DNA of 64,000 bases. It comes from Blastocatellia bacterium (GTDB lineage: Bacteria; Acidobacteriota; Blastocatellia; UBA7656). The stretch covers positions 64,001-128,000 of the forward strand of contig CAVXWP010000015.1 in assembly GCA_963765495.1 (NCBI GenBank), read 5' to 3'. Both the position numbers and the translations under genes were made by a program. Each line of letters begins with the position of its first letter. The first letter of the stretch is position 1. The notes beneath the pieces were generated by a model. It was not told where the DNA came from, searched no databases, and saw only the letters and a list, made by a program, of their open reading frames with translations. Below, one piece after another: positions 39,619 through 50,421 of this stretch.

Positions 39619-40038
39619 TCACAGCCTTATACGGCTTGCATCGGAGTCACCGTCGGATTTTCGCTCGATCTCCCCGGCATAGACACGCAGGAAAATCTCT
39701 ACAGTGAATGAAGTCGTGGCTTGAAAGAGATGACCGCCAACCGTGCGCATTTCGCGATCGGTCAGGACGGCGTGGCAGTGCGCGAACGGCTCTCCGTCAA
39801 GCCTTCCTATATTGCCCGTAAGCGCTACCAGTTCCATCGAATCCGCAAACTCGCGCTTTATGTATCGCTTCTCGTCGGGGACGACGATGCCGAGCACGCT
39901 CTTGCTTACCGCTCCTATCCCTGTGAGCGAGGCCATCCCTATACGTTCGGTGTTGGCAAGCTTCTTAAGCGAAGCGATAATTTCGTCTCCGATATCGAGA
40001 ACCAGAATAAATCCCGAATCCGTGCGTCTGACTTTCAC
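39619..40038 (-). CDS. PPC/DUF296-domain protein
   Basis: GIGAV, ELVALTGNI, HCH, GGHL, TVE; GGAGG SD before GTG. Confidence 0.88.
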   Translation of the reverse strand: MKVRRTDSGFILVLDIGDEIIASLKKLANTERIGMASLTGIGAVSKSVLGIVVPDEKRYIKREFADSMELVALTGNIGRLDGEPFAHCHAVLTDREMRTVGGHLFQATTSFTVEIFLRVYAGEIERKSDGDSDASRIRL

Positions 40039-40080
40039 TCGAATACCTCCTGACCCGTTGTTGTATGTTGTAAAGACATA

Positions 40081-43000
40081 TTACCTGTTGCCGATCCCGT
40101 TGCCGAGTTGCGAGAACTGATCCGTTCCAACCGCGCCAAGCCCGGCAAGACTGAAGGTGAAAGAGAAGGCGCTCTCATTGCGCAGACCTGCTTTGAAAGT
40201 GTTGTAGTTGAATTGCACCCCGCAACAATCCCATCCATATCCGAAATAGCTGCGCGAATATCTGAGCCGCCCTTTCGAAAACTGTCCGCCTGTCAGAAAG
40301 CGGTCCGTGAAATCGTAGCCGATGCGCGTGCCTCCGTAAAATCCCTGATTCTCTTTTCCGTATTGCACGGTTGTGACGACCTGGTTGCCCGCAAATGTGC
40401 CGGGCTCAAAACTGTTTGGCGCAATCTCTATCTTGCGCGACAGATACCAGTTCCCCGCAACCGAAAACTTGCCCCTGTCAAATCCGCCTCCGACAATCAC
40501 ATTGCGCACCGCTTTGTCCTCGGAGCCGATGTCCATCCGCAGATCGGCATAAACTGAAGAGAGCGGGCGGTAGCGAACCTGCACATTCAGAGGCGAGAAG
40601 CTGCGCGCTCGTCCGCCGTATGAGAATCCTGTCAGCGTATTGATCGGATAAAACTGGTTGCGGCGACCGGCAATGAGCGCCCCTCCAAAGTTGCGGTCAA
40701 AGAAATATTTTTGCGCGACCTTTACGCTCAGGAATTCATAAGCCTGAGGCGGCGCGTCGAGATTGCTGGCATCATCGTCGTCGTCGTCATCGTCATCACT
40801 ATCATTTTTCTTGGTGTTCTTGCTATTTCCGCGTGCGCGCTTTGTTTGATTATTTTTGCCTTCGACGTTTAACTCGGCTTTGTCGCCGGTCTCGATCTTC
40901 TGTTTCTTATCGGCCGGAGCCTGTCCCGCGGCTCCGGGTTCCTGCCCTTCGGTCTCGGGGTTTTCTTTTGCAGTCTCCGGGTTCAAATCTGAATTCTCAG
41001 ACTCTTTCGTCGTGGTCTCCGGTTGCTGCTCGTTTGCGTCTTTACGGCGTTTGTTTCGCTTCTGCTCTTCGGGCCCTTCAATCTCCATCTCCGAAGGCTC
41101 TCTGTCTTCACGTTTGCGTATGCGTCCGCGCGCGATGTCGGATGCGCTTCGCTGAATGAAAAAACGATTCACTACGGCGTATTCAAATTCGTTTGTGTTG
41201 GCTATGGCATCGCGCTCATCGAATCTGATTATCTCTTCAAACTCCTCACCGATCCCGCCTGTTTTGCGATACGTGATGTAAGGCTCTATCACATGTTTGA
41301 ACCTCTCGGAGCCGTCAGGGTTGAGATAATCTTTTTCAAGCGCAGGCGGACGGATGTCAAGATCGAATTCGCCGTAATGTCGTGAAATGCTGTCGGAGGT
41401 TACTGGATTGAGCGAGGCCGGGTCGAATATCTTTATCAGAGAATTGAACTCTTTCTGCGCAGGGTCGAGGCGCGGATCGCCCGGATTGAGCGCGAAAGTT
41501 TCGGGGTTGAAAACGGGCACGCTCGGGTCGAGGCGATTCGAATAATATGTCTCGCGAAGCGAGAGACTCGGTGTGATCGCAACCCCCGCGAAGGTGGCAA
41601 GCGGCGCTGTGATCTTTGATTGCAGATCAAACCGTTGAACCGATGCGGGCGTTATCAGCACGGATTCGCCCGCGACCGACTCTTCGCGCTTGAGCGACCC
41701 TACCGTAGCCTCGAAGGAATAATATATCGGCAGCCTGTCGAGTATGCGCTTCGGATAAGATGTAAGATTGATTTCAGGCGCTTGCCTTATCTTGATGTCA
41801 AAATTTGTCCCCGTAGTCGGCGTTGACTCCGGGTCGCTCGACGGACGGAAGATGGTAGTAGTCTCGTTGGCCGCGAGAAAGTTGAAACTGAAATTTCCCG
41901 TGTTGTTGTTCAGATAAAAAGTAGACTCGCGGCGCGGGTCGATCACATCGCTTATGTTGTCGGAAAAGACCTGGCGAAACTGAAGGCTTGAGACGAGCGA
42001 AACGTCGGCTACGGCTAGCCATCCGTGCGGGAGGTATTGCACCGCCTCTGTAACAAATGCCGTCCCCCCCTGGTCATCGCCCGGCTCGCCAAACAGCCTG
42101 TCCTTGACCGTGTAGACTCCCATCCTTATGTAGGATTTTTGATCGGTCTGCGCTCGGAACTCCGCGCCAAAGCCAAGCCCCCGAGAGGTGTAAAGATCAT
42201 TGCGGATAGTGATGTCGGCCGATTGCCCGAGCGTCTGGTAGTAGGCCGTCTTCAGTATTCGTCCCTTCTGATTTGAATTGCCCGTAATCGGCAGAAGGAA
42301 TCCCGACTTGCGCTCTTTCTTTGTAGCCGGTATCCATGCGTATGGCAGATAGAAAGCCGGCAGCCCTCTTACATAAAACGTAGAATCGTGCAGTTTTACC
42401 CGGTCGCCCATCTTCAGTTCGGCGCGCTCGGCGCTGAATCTCCATTTCGGCTCTACATCTTCGCAGGCCGTGACCGAGGCGTTTATAAGTTCGTAAGTTT
42501 GAGGGCCGGTCTTTTCGACGCGCTCCGCCGTATAGAAGAGATATTCGCCCGTCTGGGTGTGATTGGTAAAACCAGTGGTGTCCCAGAAGGTAGCTTTTTT
42601 CGAAGTCCAGTTGATTTCGGCGCGGCGGGCGGTCACTCGCTGATCGTCGCCCTGATCGAAGATGACATTGCCTTCGGCAACCATATCGCCGGTAGTGGTG
42701 TTGAAAGTCGCCCTGTCGGCCTGTAGCCTGACCTCACCCTGCGTGGCATTCACATAGCCTTCGGCAATGATTATATCGCCGGTTCTGGATTGATGATCCG
42801 ATACCAGGTCCACAGGGATGACGCGCGTTGCCGCGCTCCTTGCAGGCGCTTCCGCGACCGTCCCTTCTTTCTCATCGCTTCCCAGAGATGCTCTTTGAGC
42901 ACGCTTCTTTTTCTTCTTATCTTTCTTGCCTTCTTTGCCCTGATCGGCCTTATCGGTTTCGTCGGTCTGATCGTCTTTGTCCTCTTTTTGTTCGGGCTGT

Positions 43001-43140
43001 TGTATGACGATTCTTTCTTGCAAGAGTAAGCGAGCCTGACTCGATTGTGGAGTCAGTGCCGTGATAGTAAGTACGCACAGCGCGATCAACAGTGACTTTG
43101 AAAAACAAGCCATGGGGGCGAAAAACCTCTGATCTCCCAT
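40081..43140 (-). CDS. lptD: LPS-assembly protein LptD
   Basis: Signal peptide, jellyroll domain with TACE, RKSGFLLP, beta-barrel ending YGWDCCG...FSFTFSLAG; long charged insertion. Confidence 0.85.
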   Translation of the reverse strand: MGDQRFFAPMACFSKSLLIALCVLTITALTPQSSQARLLLQERIVIQQPEQKEDKDDQTDETDKADQGKEGKKDKKKKKRAQRASLGSDEKEGTVAEAPARSAATRVIPVDLVSDHQSRTGDIIIAEGYVNATQGEVRLQADRATFNTTTGDMVAEGNVIFDQGDDQRVTARRAEINWTSKKATFWDTTGFTNHTQTGEYLFYTAERVEKTGPQTYELINASVTACEDVEPKWRFSAERAELKMGDRVKLHDSTFYVRGLPAFYLPYAWIPATKKERKSGFLLPITGNSNQKGRILKTAYYQTLGQSADITIRNDLYTSRGLGFGAEFRAQTDQKSYIRMGVYTVKDRLFGEPGDDQGGTAFVTEAVQYLPHGWLAVADVSLVSSLQFRQVFSDNISDVIDPRRESTFYLNNNTGNFSFNFLAANETTTIFRPSSDPESTPTTGTNFDIKIRQAPEINLTSYPKRILDRLPIYYSFEATVGSLKREESVAGESVLITPASVQRFDLQSKITAPLATFAGVAITPSLSLRETYYSNRLDPSVPVFNPETFALNPGDPRLDPAQKEFNSLIKIFDPASLNPVTSDSISRHYGEFDLDIRPPALEKDYLNPDGSERFKHVIEPYITYRKTGGIGEEFEEIIRFDERDAIANTNEFEYAVVNRFFIQRSASDIARGRIRKREDREPSEMEIEGPEEQKRNKRRKDANEQQPETTTKESENSDLNPETAKENPETEGQEPGAAGQAPADKKQKIETGDKAELNVEGKNNQTKRARGNSKNTKKNDSDDDDDDDDDASNLDAPPQAYEFLSVKVAQKYFFDRNFGGALIAGRRNQFYPINTLTGFSYGGRARSFSPLNVQVRYRPLSSVYADLRMDIGSEDKAVRNVIVGGGFDRGKFSVAGNWYLSRKIEIAPNSFEPGTFAGNQVVTTVQYGKENQGFYGGTRIGYDFTDRFLTGGQFSKGRLRYSRSYFGYGWDCCGVQFNYNTFKAGLRNESAFSFTFSLAGLGAVGTDQFSQLGNGIGNR

Positions 43141-43195
43141 CTGTTCTGACGTAAATCGGATACTAACACGCGACTCGCAAAACGGGCAATGTGGA

Positions 43196-43283
43196 GTGGT
43201 TCGTGATGCGTGAAATGAGTAGCTAATAGAATTTTGATATTCGACGATCTCCGGTCACGCATCACGAATCACGTTTCACTCTC
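43196..43283. repeat. Inverted heptamer array, TCACG(C/A)A family, copy 3
   Basis: GTGGTTC GTGATGC GTGAAAT ... TCACGCA TCACGAA TCACGTT TCAC; begins at the adaptor gene stop. Confidence 0.8.
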
Positions 43284-45029
43284 TCACCTCACCACGACCG
43301 TCCCCCGGAGCATGTCCATCCCGCAGGTGAATGCAAACTCGCCCGCTCTTGTGGGCGTGAACTCCACGGTCACAGGTTCGTTTAAGGGCAGATCGCGCTT
43401 GACGCCGTACTCAGGGATAAGCAACTCCGTTCCGCACGTTACCTCAACCTGACGAATGAAAGTCAATCGCGCAGGCACGCCCCGGCGCAAGGTTATGCTT
43501 GACGGTTTATACCCTGCCTCATTCACAACTACTCTTATGGATTGAATTTTAGGCGCGCCTTGTTGCGCGCTTTGTTGCGCGTCGGATGTTTCCGGTTGAG
43601 CCTCTTTCGGGTCCGCGACCGGAGAGCCTGTCGCCGTCATGGATTGCGACGGGTTTAGCTTGAGGCTTTCGGCTCTCAGCAGAAAACTCCCTTCCGTCAC
43701 AACAGGCTCGCCCGCGCTCACCCCGCTGTAGACCGGCACAAACCCGTTCGTCTCCGGCCCGGTCGTTACTTCGCGCTGCACGAACAGGCCGGGTTTATCG
43801 CCCGCCACATAGACTACCTGTTTCGCTCCGATGAATTGCAAGGCCCGGCGAGGCACAAGCGTTGCCGACCGCGCGCTCGATGGATTTGCAGTCGAGCCGC
43901 CAAAAGTTATGTCTACGAACATGCCAAACTTGAGCGCCTCGCCGGGGTTTGCGACCTCTATTCGCGCCTGAGCGGTGCGCGTTTGCGGCTCGACATTCGG
44001 ATCAACATAAGAGACGCGCCCCGTAAAAGTTCGCTCGGGATAAGCGGGCGTGGTTATCCGAGCGCGCGTTCCAACTTGCGCCGCTCTCAGGTCGTTTTCA
44101 TAGACCTGCCCGATCACCCACACCGTCGATAGATCGACCACACGGAAAAGCTCCTTGCCCGTAGCCACGACCTCTCCCGTATTGGCCGTGCGACTGGTGA
44201 TGGTTCCCGAAATGGGCGCGGGAACCGAGATTAGCGAACTTATCTCGCCCGATGCAGCGAGCGCCTCAACCTGCTTCGGAGTCAGTCCGAGCAATAATAA
44301 ACGCTCGCGCGCGGAGAGCGCGTTCGCCTCCGCGGCCTTATGCATCGAGGCCACCCGTTCGAGTTCTTCGCGGCTGACCGCGCCTATCTCTACAAGCTCG
44401 ACAGTCCGCTTGTAATGCTGATGATGCTCTTCGAGGTCGGCCAGCAGTTTGAGGTATGCCGCCTGCGCATCCGCAAGCTCGGTGCTGAAGATAACAGCAA
44501 TCGGTTGCCCGCGCCTGACCTTATCGCCAAGCTCCGCATTGACCTGACGAACGATTCCGCCCGCTACGGGCATCACAGGAACCTCCTTGTAGGCATTTGC
44601 CTGCACCGTTCCGGTTGTTCGCAATCCGTAGCCGTCAGGCGTCTGTGCGCTCGTTTGCCCGACTGCCGTTTCGGTCTTTATCTGAGCGTTTTCGATTTCG
44701 CCGGCAGGCAGGCTTATGACTACTTCGCCCGGTCGAGGCGCGACTCCGCTCGAAGACGAAAGGGGCGTGTCGAATAACGGCGCGGGCACAGGCTTTCCAA
44801 CTCGGCTCTCGAATCTGCCTCTAAATATCAAGGCGAGCGCAACCGCTGCCGTTGCAATCAACACGAGCGCAACTATGAGCCACCTCCTGCGCCTGCTGAT
44901 ACGAGTGACACCAGGCCGCGAAGGATCGTCAAGTGGAGGGGCTTCCTTTAAGAGAACGACACTCGATTCGCCCTCTTGATTTTGCCCGGTCTCTTTATTG
45001 AAATTCTCCATTTTCCTCGCTCCTCTCAT
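43284..45029 (-). CDS. RND periplasmic adaptor (CusB/CzcB-like) fused to a C-terminal cupredoxin domain
   Basis: TM anchor, barrel-sandwich and alpha-hairpin, VDLSTVWV, TRTAQAR, LKFGMF; C-terminal GYKPS...TCG...FTCGMDMLRG. Confidence 0.88.
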   Translation of the reverse strand: MRGARKMENFNKETGQNQEGESSVVLLKEAPPLDDPSRPGVTRISRRRRWLIVALVLIATAAVALALIFRGRFESRVGKPVPAPLFDTPLSSSSGVAPRPGEVVISLPAGEIENAQIKTETAVGQTSAQTPDGYGLRTTGTVQANAYKEVPVMPVAGGIVRQVNAELGDKVRRGQPIAVIFSTELADAQAAYLKLLADLEEHHQHYKRTVELVEIGAVSREELERVASMHKAAEANALSARERLLLLGLTPKQVEALAASGEISSLISVPAPISGTITSRTANTGEVVATGKELFRVVDLSTVWVIGQVYENDLRAAQVGTRARITTPAYPERTFTGRVSYVDPNVEPQTRTAQARIEVANPGEALKFGMFVDITFGGSTANPSSARSATLVPRRALQFIGAKQVVYVAGDKPGLFVQREVTTGPETNGFVPVYSGVSAGEPVVTEGSFLLRAESLKLNPSQSMTATGSPVADPKEAQPETSDAQQSAQQGAPKIQSIRVVVNEAGYKPSSITLRRGVPARLTFIRQVEVTCGTELLIPEYGVKRDLPLNEPVTVEFTPTRAGEFAFTCGMDMLRGTVVVR

Positions 45030-46423
45030 ACGCCCGGAACGGCTGTGCCCGCAACTCGTTCGATCTCTACGAGCGAATCAAAGTACTCCTTCAGTACATC
45101 GGTGTAGCCGGTCTCTACCTCGATATAACGACGCTGCTCGGCTATATAATCGAGCAGCGATTTCTGCCCGAGCACATAGGTCTGGCGAATTACGTCGAGA
45201 TTCTTCTGAGCCTGAGAGCGAACGTTGTCGCGGTAGACTTCGAGCGCCTCGCGGGCGTGCTCGAATCTGGCATAAGCCGAAGCCACCTCGTTTTGAGTCA
45301 CTATTTCGGCAAACTGACGACGGCTGTGAGCGGCTTCAAGCTGAGCCTCGGCCGCTTCGATATTGCCCTGATTCTTATTTCTGACCGGCAGCGTCAACTT
45401 GACCCCGAACGTGGCGAAATGGAATATGCCGTGAACGGGCGCAAGCCTTCCCGCATCGTCAAAGCCTCGCACGCCATAACCCATGTCCTGCCGCATGTAG
45501 TTTGCAAACAGGCTCGCGTCAATCTTGCCTTCCACGCGAGCCTGCTCGATCTGCGCGAGCGCGAGTTGTTCGGCTGCGCGAGCGGCTGCCAGATCGGGCC
45601 GCGAGCCAAGCGCGTTTTGAAGTGCCTCGGCTTCCGAAGGCGGCTGTCTGTCTGTGCTGAATTCGCCTCGCAATCGAAGAGGCTCGGTGGGCGGCACGCC
45701 CGCGACTTTTTTCAATTCGAGCAAGGCCACTTCGACCCGGCCCTCGTAATTGATCCGCATCGAATCTACGCGATTTAGTTCGACAAAGACCATGCTCTGT
45801 TCGAGCGGGGCAGTCTTTCCGCTTTCGACTCGCACTTGAATCAAATGATGAGAGTCGCGTGTGAGCGAAAGCAGGTCCTCGATGTATTTCAGATTGCGCG
45901 CCGCCGCGATCACCTCCGAGTATTTCAGTCGCACCTCGGCGGCAAGCTTGCGCTCGAAATCGGCTACCTCGCTTTCGCGCAACTCAAACTCGCGCGCGGC
46001 CACCTCGACGCGGGCCTCGCGGCGCCCGCCAAGTTCGAGCGGCAGTTCGGCCCCGATCATCAGATTGTTGTCAGAGGTATTAACGGCGCGCCCGTAGCTG
46101 CTTTCGAGCATGGGATTTGGGCGAAAGCCCGCCTGCCGCAATCGTCCTCGCGCTTCGGCTATCATCTGCCGCGCTGCGCGAAGCTCGCCGTTACGCTCGA
46201 AGGCATAACGAACCAGATCATCCGCCGGAAGGCCGTTTACCGGGTCAATGAAACGCGAGTAGCCGGAAGGCGTTTGGGCGGGTTCAACCGGCGGGGCAGG
46301 CTTGCCCGAAATCACGAGGCCGATTCTTTCCTGCCCGCTCGCCGTTTGCGGCAGCGCCGTGATCGCAGCACAACACAGTACGAGTATTACTGCGAGAGGT
46401 CGTAATAAGAGATTCTTTTCCAT
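45026..46423 (-). CDS. TolC-family outer-membrane efflux channel (CusC/CzcC-like)
   Basis: Signal peptide, RPNP, PLELGGRR, RPDL, LPVRNKNQG. Confidence 0.9.
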   Translation of the reverse strand: MEKNLLLRPLAVILVLCCAAITALPQTASGQERIGLVISGKPAPPVEPAQTPSGYSRFIDPVNGLPADDLVRYAFERNGELRAARQMIAEARGRLRQAGFRPNPMLESSYGRAVNTSDNNLMIGAELPLELGGRREARVEVAAREFELRESEVADFERKLAAEVRLKYSEVIAAARNLKYIEDLLSLTRDSHHLIQVRVESGKTAPLEQSMVFVELNRVDSMRINYEGRVEVALLELKKVAGVPPTEPLRLRGEFSTDRQPPSEAEALQNALGSRPDLAAARAAEQLALAQIEQARVEGKIDASLFANYMRQDMGYGVRGFDDAGRLAPVHGIFHFATFGVKLTLPVRNKNQGNIEAAEAQLEAAHSRRQFAEIVTQNEVASAYARFEHAREALEVYRDNVRSQAQKNLDVIRQTYVLGQKSLLDYIAEQRRYIEVETGYTDVLKEYFDSLVEIERVAGTAVPGV

Positions 46424-46464
46424 AATTTGTTCCTGATCCTGACCATCCGAGAATGGTCAATGCC

Positions 46465-46512
46465 AATAGGTCACGGACGGACGCGGATGCGACGGATTTT
46501 CGCGGATCAGAT
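46465..46512 (+). repeat. CGGAT-unit element, copy 4 (right arm decayed)
   Basis: AATAGGTCACGGACGGACGCGGATGCGACGGATTTTCGCGGATCAGAT, preceded by CAATGCC. Confidence 0.8.
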
Positions 46513-46553
46513 CATATGAAGATCAGGTTGAGCCAAATCCGTCAGCAATCGAT

Positions 46554-49500
46554 TTAACTACCAATCAGATTTACCTCCTCCAGTTTCGCATCTTCTGATC
46601 TAGCCTCTATGTGTTTCATCTGCCGTTCGTGCAGCCAGAAAAATATGACCGGCGTGACTACCAGCACATGCAACAGCGACGAAACCATCCCGCCCAGCAC
46701 CGGAGCCGCAAGCGGTCTCATAACTTCGGCTCCCGCGCTTGTGCTCCACATGATCGGGAGCAGCCCCGCAATCACCGTGGTCACGGTCATCAGCTTTGGC
46801 CGAAGCCGCAAGACAGCGCCTTCTATTACGGCTTCCCTCAGTTGTTCTCGCGTGAGCCTTTCCCCGTGTTCGAGCCGTTTTCGCTCGACCGCTTCGTTCA
46901 GATAGATCACCATCACGACGCCCGTCTCTACGGCTGTGCCAAACAGCGCGATAAAGCCTACCCACACCGCGACCGAAAAGTTGTAGCCGAGTGCGTAAAG
47001 CAGGTAAATGCCTCCGGTGAGCGCAAACGGCACGGCCAGCAATACATGCGCCGCCTCAAGCAACGAGTGATAGGTGAAGTAGAGCAGCAGGAATATGACA
47101 ACGAGCACAAGCGGGAGGACGAATTGCAGCCGCGCGCGGGCGCGTTGTTGATTCTCGTACCCGCCGCTCCACTCAACGTAATAGCCCGGCGGTAGTTGTA
47201 CGCGCTCGCCGAGAGCCCGCTTTGCCTCTTCTACGAAACTGCCCACATCGCGGTCGCGCACGTTCAGAGTCACGGTCGAGCGCAAAAGACCGTTCTCGCT
47301 TGAGATCATAGCCGGACCCGCCACCGTGTTTATCCTCGCAATCTGCGAGAGCGGTATGTGCGCGCCGCCGGGCGCAGGAACTATCAACTGACCGAGGGAC
47401 GCCGGGTCGGCGCGAAACTCCGCGCCGTAGCGCACGCGGACGGGGAACCGCTTGCGCCCCTCAATTGTCACGGTCAGGTTGGTCTCGCCTATGCCTGTGT
47501 CTACCACGCGCTGAATCGTGTCCACCGCAATGCCGTAACGCGCCGCCCGCTGCCGGTCTATCTGTATGTCTACGTAGGGCGTTCCTGTGATCTGCTCGGG
47601 GTAGACATCCGTAGCGCCCCTTACGGTCTTCAATACCGAGGCCGCTTCACGAGCGCGGTTTTCCAGTTCCCCGAGATCGCTGCCGAATATCTTTACGCCT
47701 ACCTGAGTGCGTATCCCGGTTGCCAGCATCTCTATGCGGTTAATGATCGGCTGAGTCCAGATGTTTGTCACACCCGGCATGGCGAGTTTCTCATCCATCT
47801 CTGCGATCAGCTTTTCGCGGGTCAATCCCGGTCGCCATTGTTCTTGCGGTTTCAGATGAACGATGGTCTCGTTCATATTGACCGGGGCCGGGTCGGTAGA
47901 GGTTTCCGCCCGTCCCGCTTTGCCCACGACAAGGGCGACTTCGGGAAATGATTTCAGGATTTCATCCTGCCGCTGCATGATCTTGAGCGCCTCGTCTATC
48001 GAGATGGCCGGATCGGTCACGGGCATATACATCAGATCGCCTTCGTTTAGCTCGGGCATGAACTCGCTGCCGATTCGCGTGGCCAGAAACATCGCTCCGC
48101 CGAATAGCGAGGCCGCAAGCAGGATGGTGATGGCCCGATGCGTGAGCGCCAGTTTGAGCACCGGCTGATAAATTCGGTGCAGCACTCGCATAAGCGGGTT
48201 GTCGTTTTCGGAATGAAACCGCCCGCCCAGAAGCAGACTGCACAGCACGGGCACGAGCGTGATGGCGATGACGCTTGCACCCACCATCGCAAAAGTCTTT
48301 GTGAATGCCAGCGGGTGAAAGAGCTTGCCTTCGCGCCCCGTCAGCGCAAAGACGGGGACGAATGCCAGTATGATGATCGCCATCGAATAGAAGATCGGAC
48401 GCCCCACAAGCCTTGTTGATTCGAGCACCGTTTGCCAGATTCGCTTGCGGTCGCGCGGGTCGATATTTTCTTTCTCGATATACCGGAATGCGTTCTCGGT
48501 GACTACGATCCCGGCATCGACCAGCACACCGATGGCGATTGCTATCCCGGCAAGCGACATCAGATTCGAACTGATCCCCATGTAATACATAAACAGAAAC
48601 GACATCAGCACGGCGAGCGGCAGCGGGATCGTGACTATCAGAATCGAGCGGAAGTGAAACAGAAAGATGATGTGAGCGAGCGTGACAAGTATCAACTCTT
48701 CGATAAGAGCGCGCTTGAGCGTTCCGGTCGCGCGATGAATCAACTCGGTCCGGTCATAGAAGGGAACTATTTTTACACCCGCAGGCAGCCCCGCTTCGAG
48801 CGAAGCGATCTTTGCCTTGACCTTCTCTATCACATCCAGAGTGTTTACGCCGTAGCGGGCGATCACAACTCCGCCGACCGCCTCTTTGCCGTTGCGGTCG
48901 AGCGCGCCTACGCGGAACGCATCGCCTATATCTACGCTTGCAACGTTGCGAACATAGATCGGCGTGCCGTTTGAAGCGCCTATCACAATGTTTTCGACAT
49001 CCTTGACCGATTCGATCAACCCTACGCCGCGCACTACGGACCACTGCCCGTTCTGCTCGATGACGTTGCCGCCCACGTTGTTATTGCTTCGCACGACGCT
49101 ATCGACAAGCATCGAGAACGGGATGTCGTAAGCGCGGAGCCGGTTCGGATCAACATCGATCTGATATTGCTGTACATACCCGCCGACGCTTGCGGCTTCG
49201 GCCACGCCGGGCACGGAATTGAGCTGGTATCTGACAAACCAGTCTTGCAGAGTGCGGAGGTCGCGCAAGGAATGGCCCTCGCCTTCGAGCGTGTACCAGA
49301 AGACCTGGCCCACGCCCGTGGCATCAGGCCCAAGCGTAGGCACTACGCCTTCGGGCAAATCTCTGGTCACCAGATTCAGGCGTTCGAGCACCCGCGTGCG
49401 TGCCCAGTAAAGATCGACCGAGTCTTCAAAGATGACGTTGATCATCGAAAAGCCAAACGCCGATTGGCCTCGCACATTGCGCACGCCCGCAAGTCCCTGA

Positions 49501-49718
49501 AGCTGTGTGGTGAGCGGATAAGTGATCTGGTCTTCGACCTCTTGCGGAGAGCGGCCCGTCCAATCCGTGAAGACGATAACCTGATTGTCGGACAGGTCAG
49601 GTATCGCATCAATCGGCGTGTGAATCAGCGCCCAGTATCCCCACACGGCCAGCAACAGGTAGCCGGTCACGATGATGACGCGATTCTTAAGCGAGAACTC
49701 TATTATCCGATTAATCAT
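46554..49718 (-). CDS. cusA: Cu(I)/Ag(I) RND efflux pump
   Basis: [20 protein letters not shown]; Met triad in [22 protein letters not shown]; RLRPKLMT; ATG 49718. Confidence 0.93.
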   Translation of the reverse strand: MINRIIEFSLKNRVIIVTGYLLLAVWGYWALIHTPIDAIPDLSDNQVIVFTDWTGRSPQEVEDQITYPLTTQLQGLAGVRNVRGQSAFGFSMINVIFEDSVDLYWARTRVLERLNLVTRDLPEGVVPTLGPDATGVGQVFWYTLEGEGHSLRDLRTLQDWFVRYQLNSVPGVAEAASVGGYVQQYQIDVDPNRLRAYDIPFSMLVDSVVRSNNNVGGNVIEQNGQWSVVRGVGLIESVKDVENIVIGASNGTPIYVRNVASVDIGDAFRVGALDRNGKEAVGGVVIARYGVNTLDVIEKVKAKIASLEAGLPAGVKIVPFYDRTELIHRATGTLKRALIEELILVTLAHIIFLFHFRSILIVTIPLPLAVLMSFLFMYYMGISSNLMSLAGIAIAIGVLVDAGIVVTENAFRYIEKENIDPRDRKRIWQTVLESTRLVGRPIFYSMAIIILAFVPVFALTGREGKLFHPLAFTKTFAMVGASVIAITLVPVLCSLLLGGRFHSENDNPLMRVLHRIYQPVLKLALTHRAITILLAASLFGGAMFLATRIGSEFMPELNEGDLMYMPVTDPAISIDEALKIMQRQDEILKSFPEVALVVGKAGRAETSTDPAPVNMNETIVHLKPQEQWRPGLTREKLIAEMDEKLAMPGVTNIWTQPIINRIEMLATGIRTQVGVKIFGSDLGELENRAREAASVLKTVRGATDVYPEQITGTPYVDIQIDRQRAARYGIAVDTIQRVVDTGIGETNLTVTIEGRKRFPVRVRYGAEFRADPASLGQLIVPAPGGAHIPLSQIARINTVAGPAMISSENGLLRSTVTLNVRDRDVGSFVEEAKRALGERVQLPPGYYVEWSGGYENQQRARARLQFVLPLVLVVIFLLLYFTYHSLLEAAHVLLAVPFALTGGIYLLYALGYNFSVAVWVGFIALFGTAVETGVVMVIYLNEAVERKRLEHGERLTREQLREAVIEGAVLRLRPKLMTVTTVIAGLLPIMWSTSAGAEVMRPLAAPVLGGMVSSLLHVLVVTPVIFFWLHERQMKHIEARSEDAKLEEVNLIGS

Positions 49719-49724
49719 GATATT

Positions 49725-49843
49725 CCAGGGGTCGGGGGTCGGGGGCCAGAGCCCGGTAGGCTGACCGGGGTGGAGGGGCAAAATTCGCAGTGTCTCTTGC
49801 GGCCTCCTTACACCGGCCCCTGGCCCCTGGCCCCCGGCCCCCA
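49725..49843. repeat. Inverted heptamer array (GGGGYCR)n...(YGRCCCC)n
   Basis: CCAGGGGTCGGGGGTCGGGGGCCAG ... CCGGCCCCTGGCCCCTGGCCCCCGGCCCCCA filling the gap between the YtkA-like gene and cusA. Confidence 0.88.
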
Positions 49844-49846
49844 TCC

Positions 49847-50266
49847 TTATTGGGTCATGACGCTCATGCTCGTCTGACCTGTGCCATGCGCCCCCTGGTA
49901 CTGGATTATTGCTTCCCAGGTGCCTTTCATTTCGATATTGATCTCAGCGCGGTACCTGCCTGCGGTGTCGGTCGTCGTCAGCGTGGCCACGTCGTTCATC
50001 TCGGCCATCGCGCCCATTGCGGGCATGTGAAATTTGAGCGATGCGGCCCCGACATCCACCGGGTTTCCACTTGCATCCGCGAAGGAGATGACAAGGACGT
50101 TTTCGCCGCTTTTCAGCTCGCCTGTCGCGCTCGATAAGGTGATGATCAGATTATCTGTCTTCGCAGATTTGATGACTCTGTTGTCCGGGTTTGCAGCGCC
50201 GCACGCGGCGGCCATCAACCCGCTGATTAAGATTGCGAGAGTTAAGAAGATAGTACTGGCTCTCAT
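49847..50266 (-). CDS. YtkA/FixH-like lipoprotein with a Met-rich putative Cu site
   Basis: Lipobox-like [25 protein letters not shown]...MKGTW; GGAG SD before ATG 50266. Confidence 0.8.
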   Translation of the reverse strand: MRASTIFLTLAILISGLMAAACGAANPDNRVIKSAKTDNLIITLSSATGELKSGENVLVISFADASGNPVDVGAASLKFHMPAMGAMAEMNDVATLTTTDTAGRYRAEINIEMKGTWEAIIQYQGAHGTGQTSMSVMTQ

Positions 50267-50421
50267 AAACTGCTTCTCCATCAGTAGACCGGCGGCCTAC
50301 GCGATTGGTTCCTGATCCGGGACGGACCGCGAGTACCAACCGCTCAAATGAAATGTGATCGAACAGCTATGGATGGCTGCGCGATGGTTATGAATAGTTG
50401 GGAATTAGGCACACTACGGCT

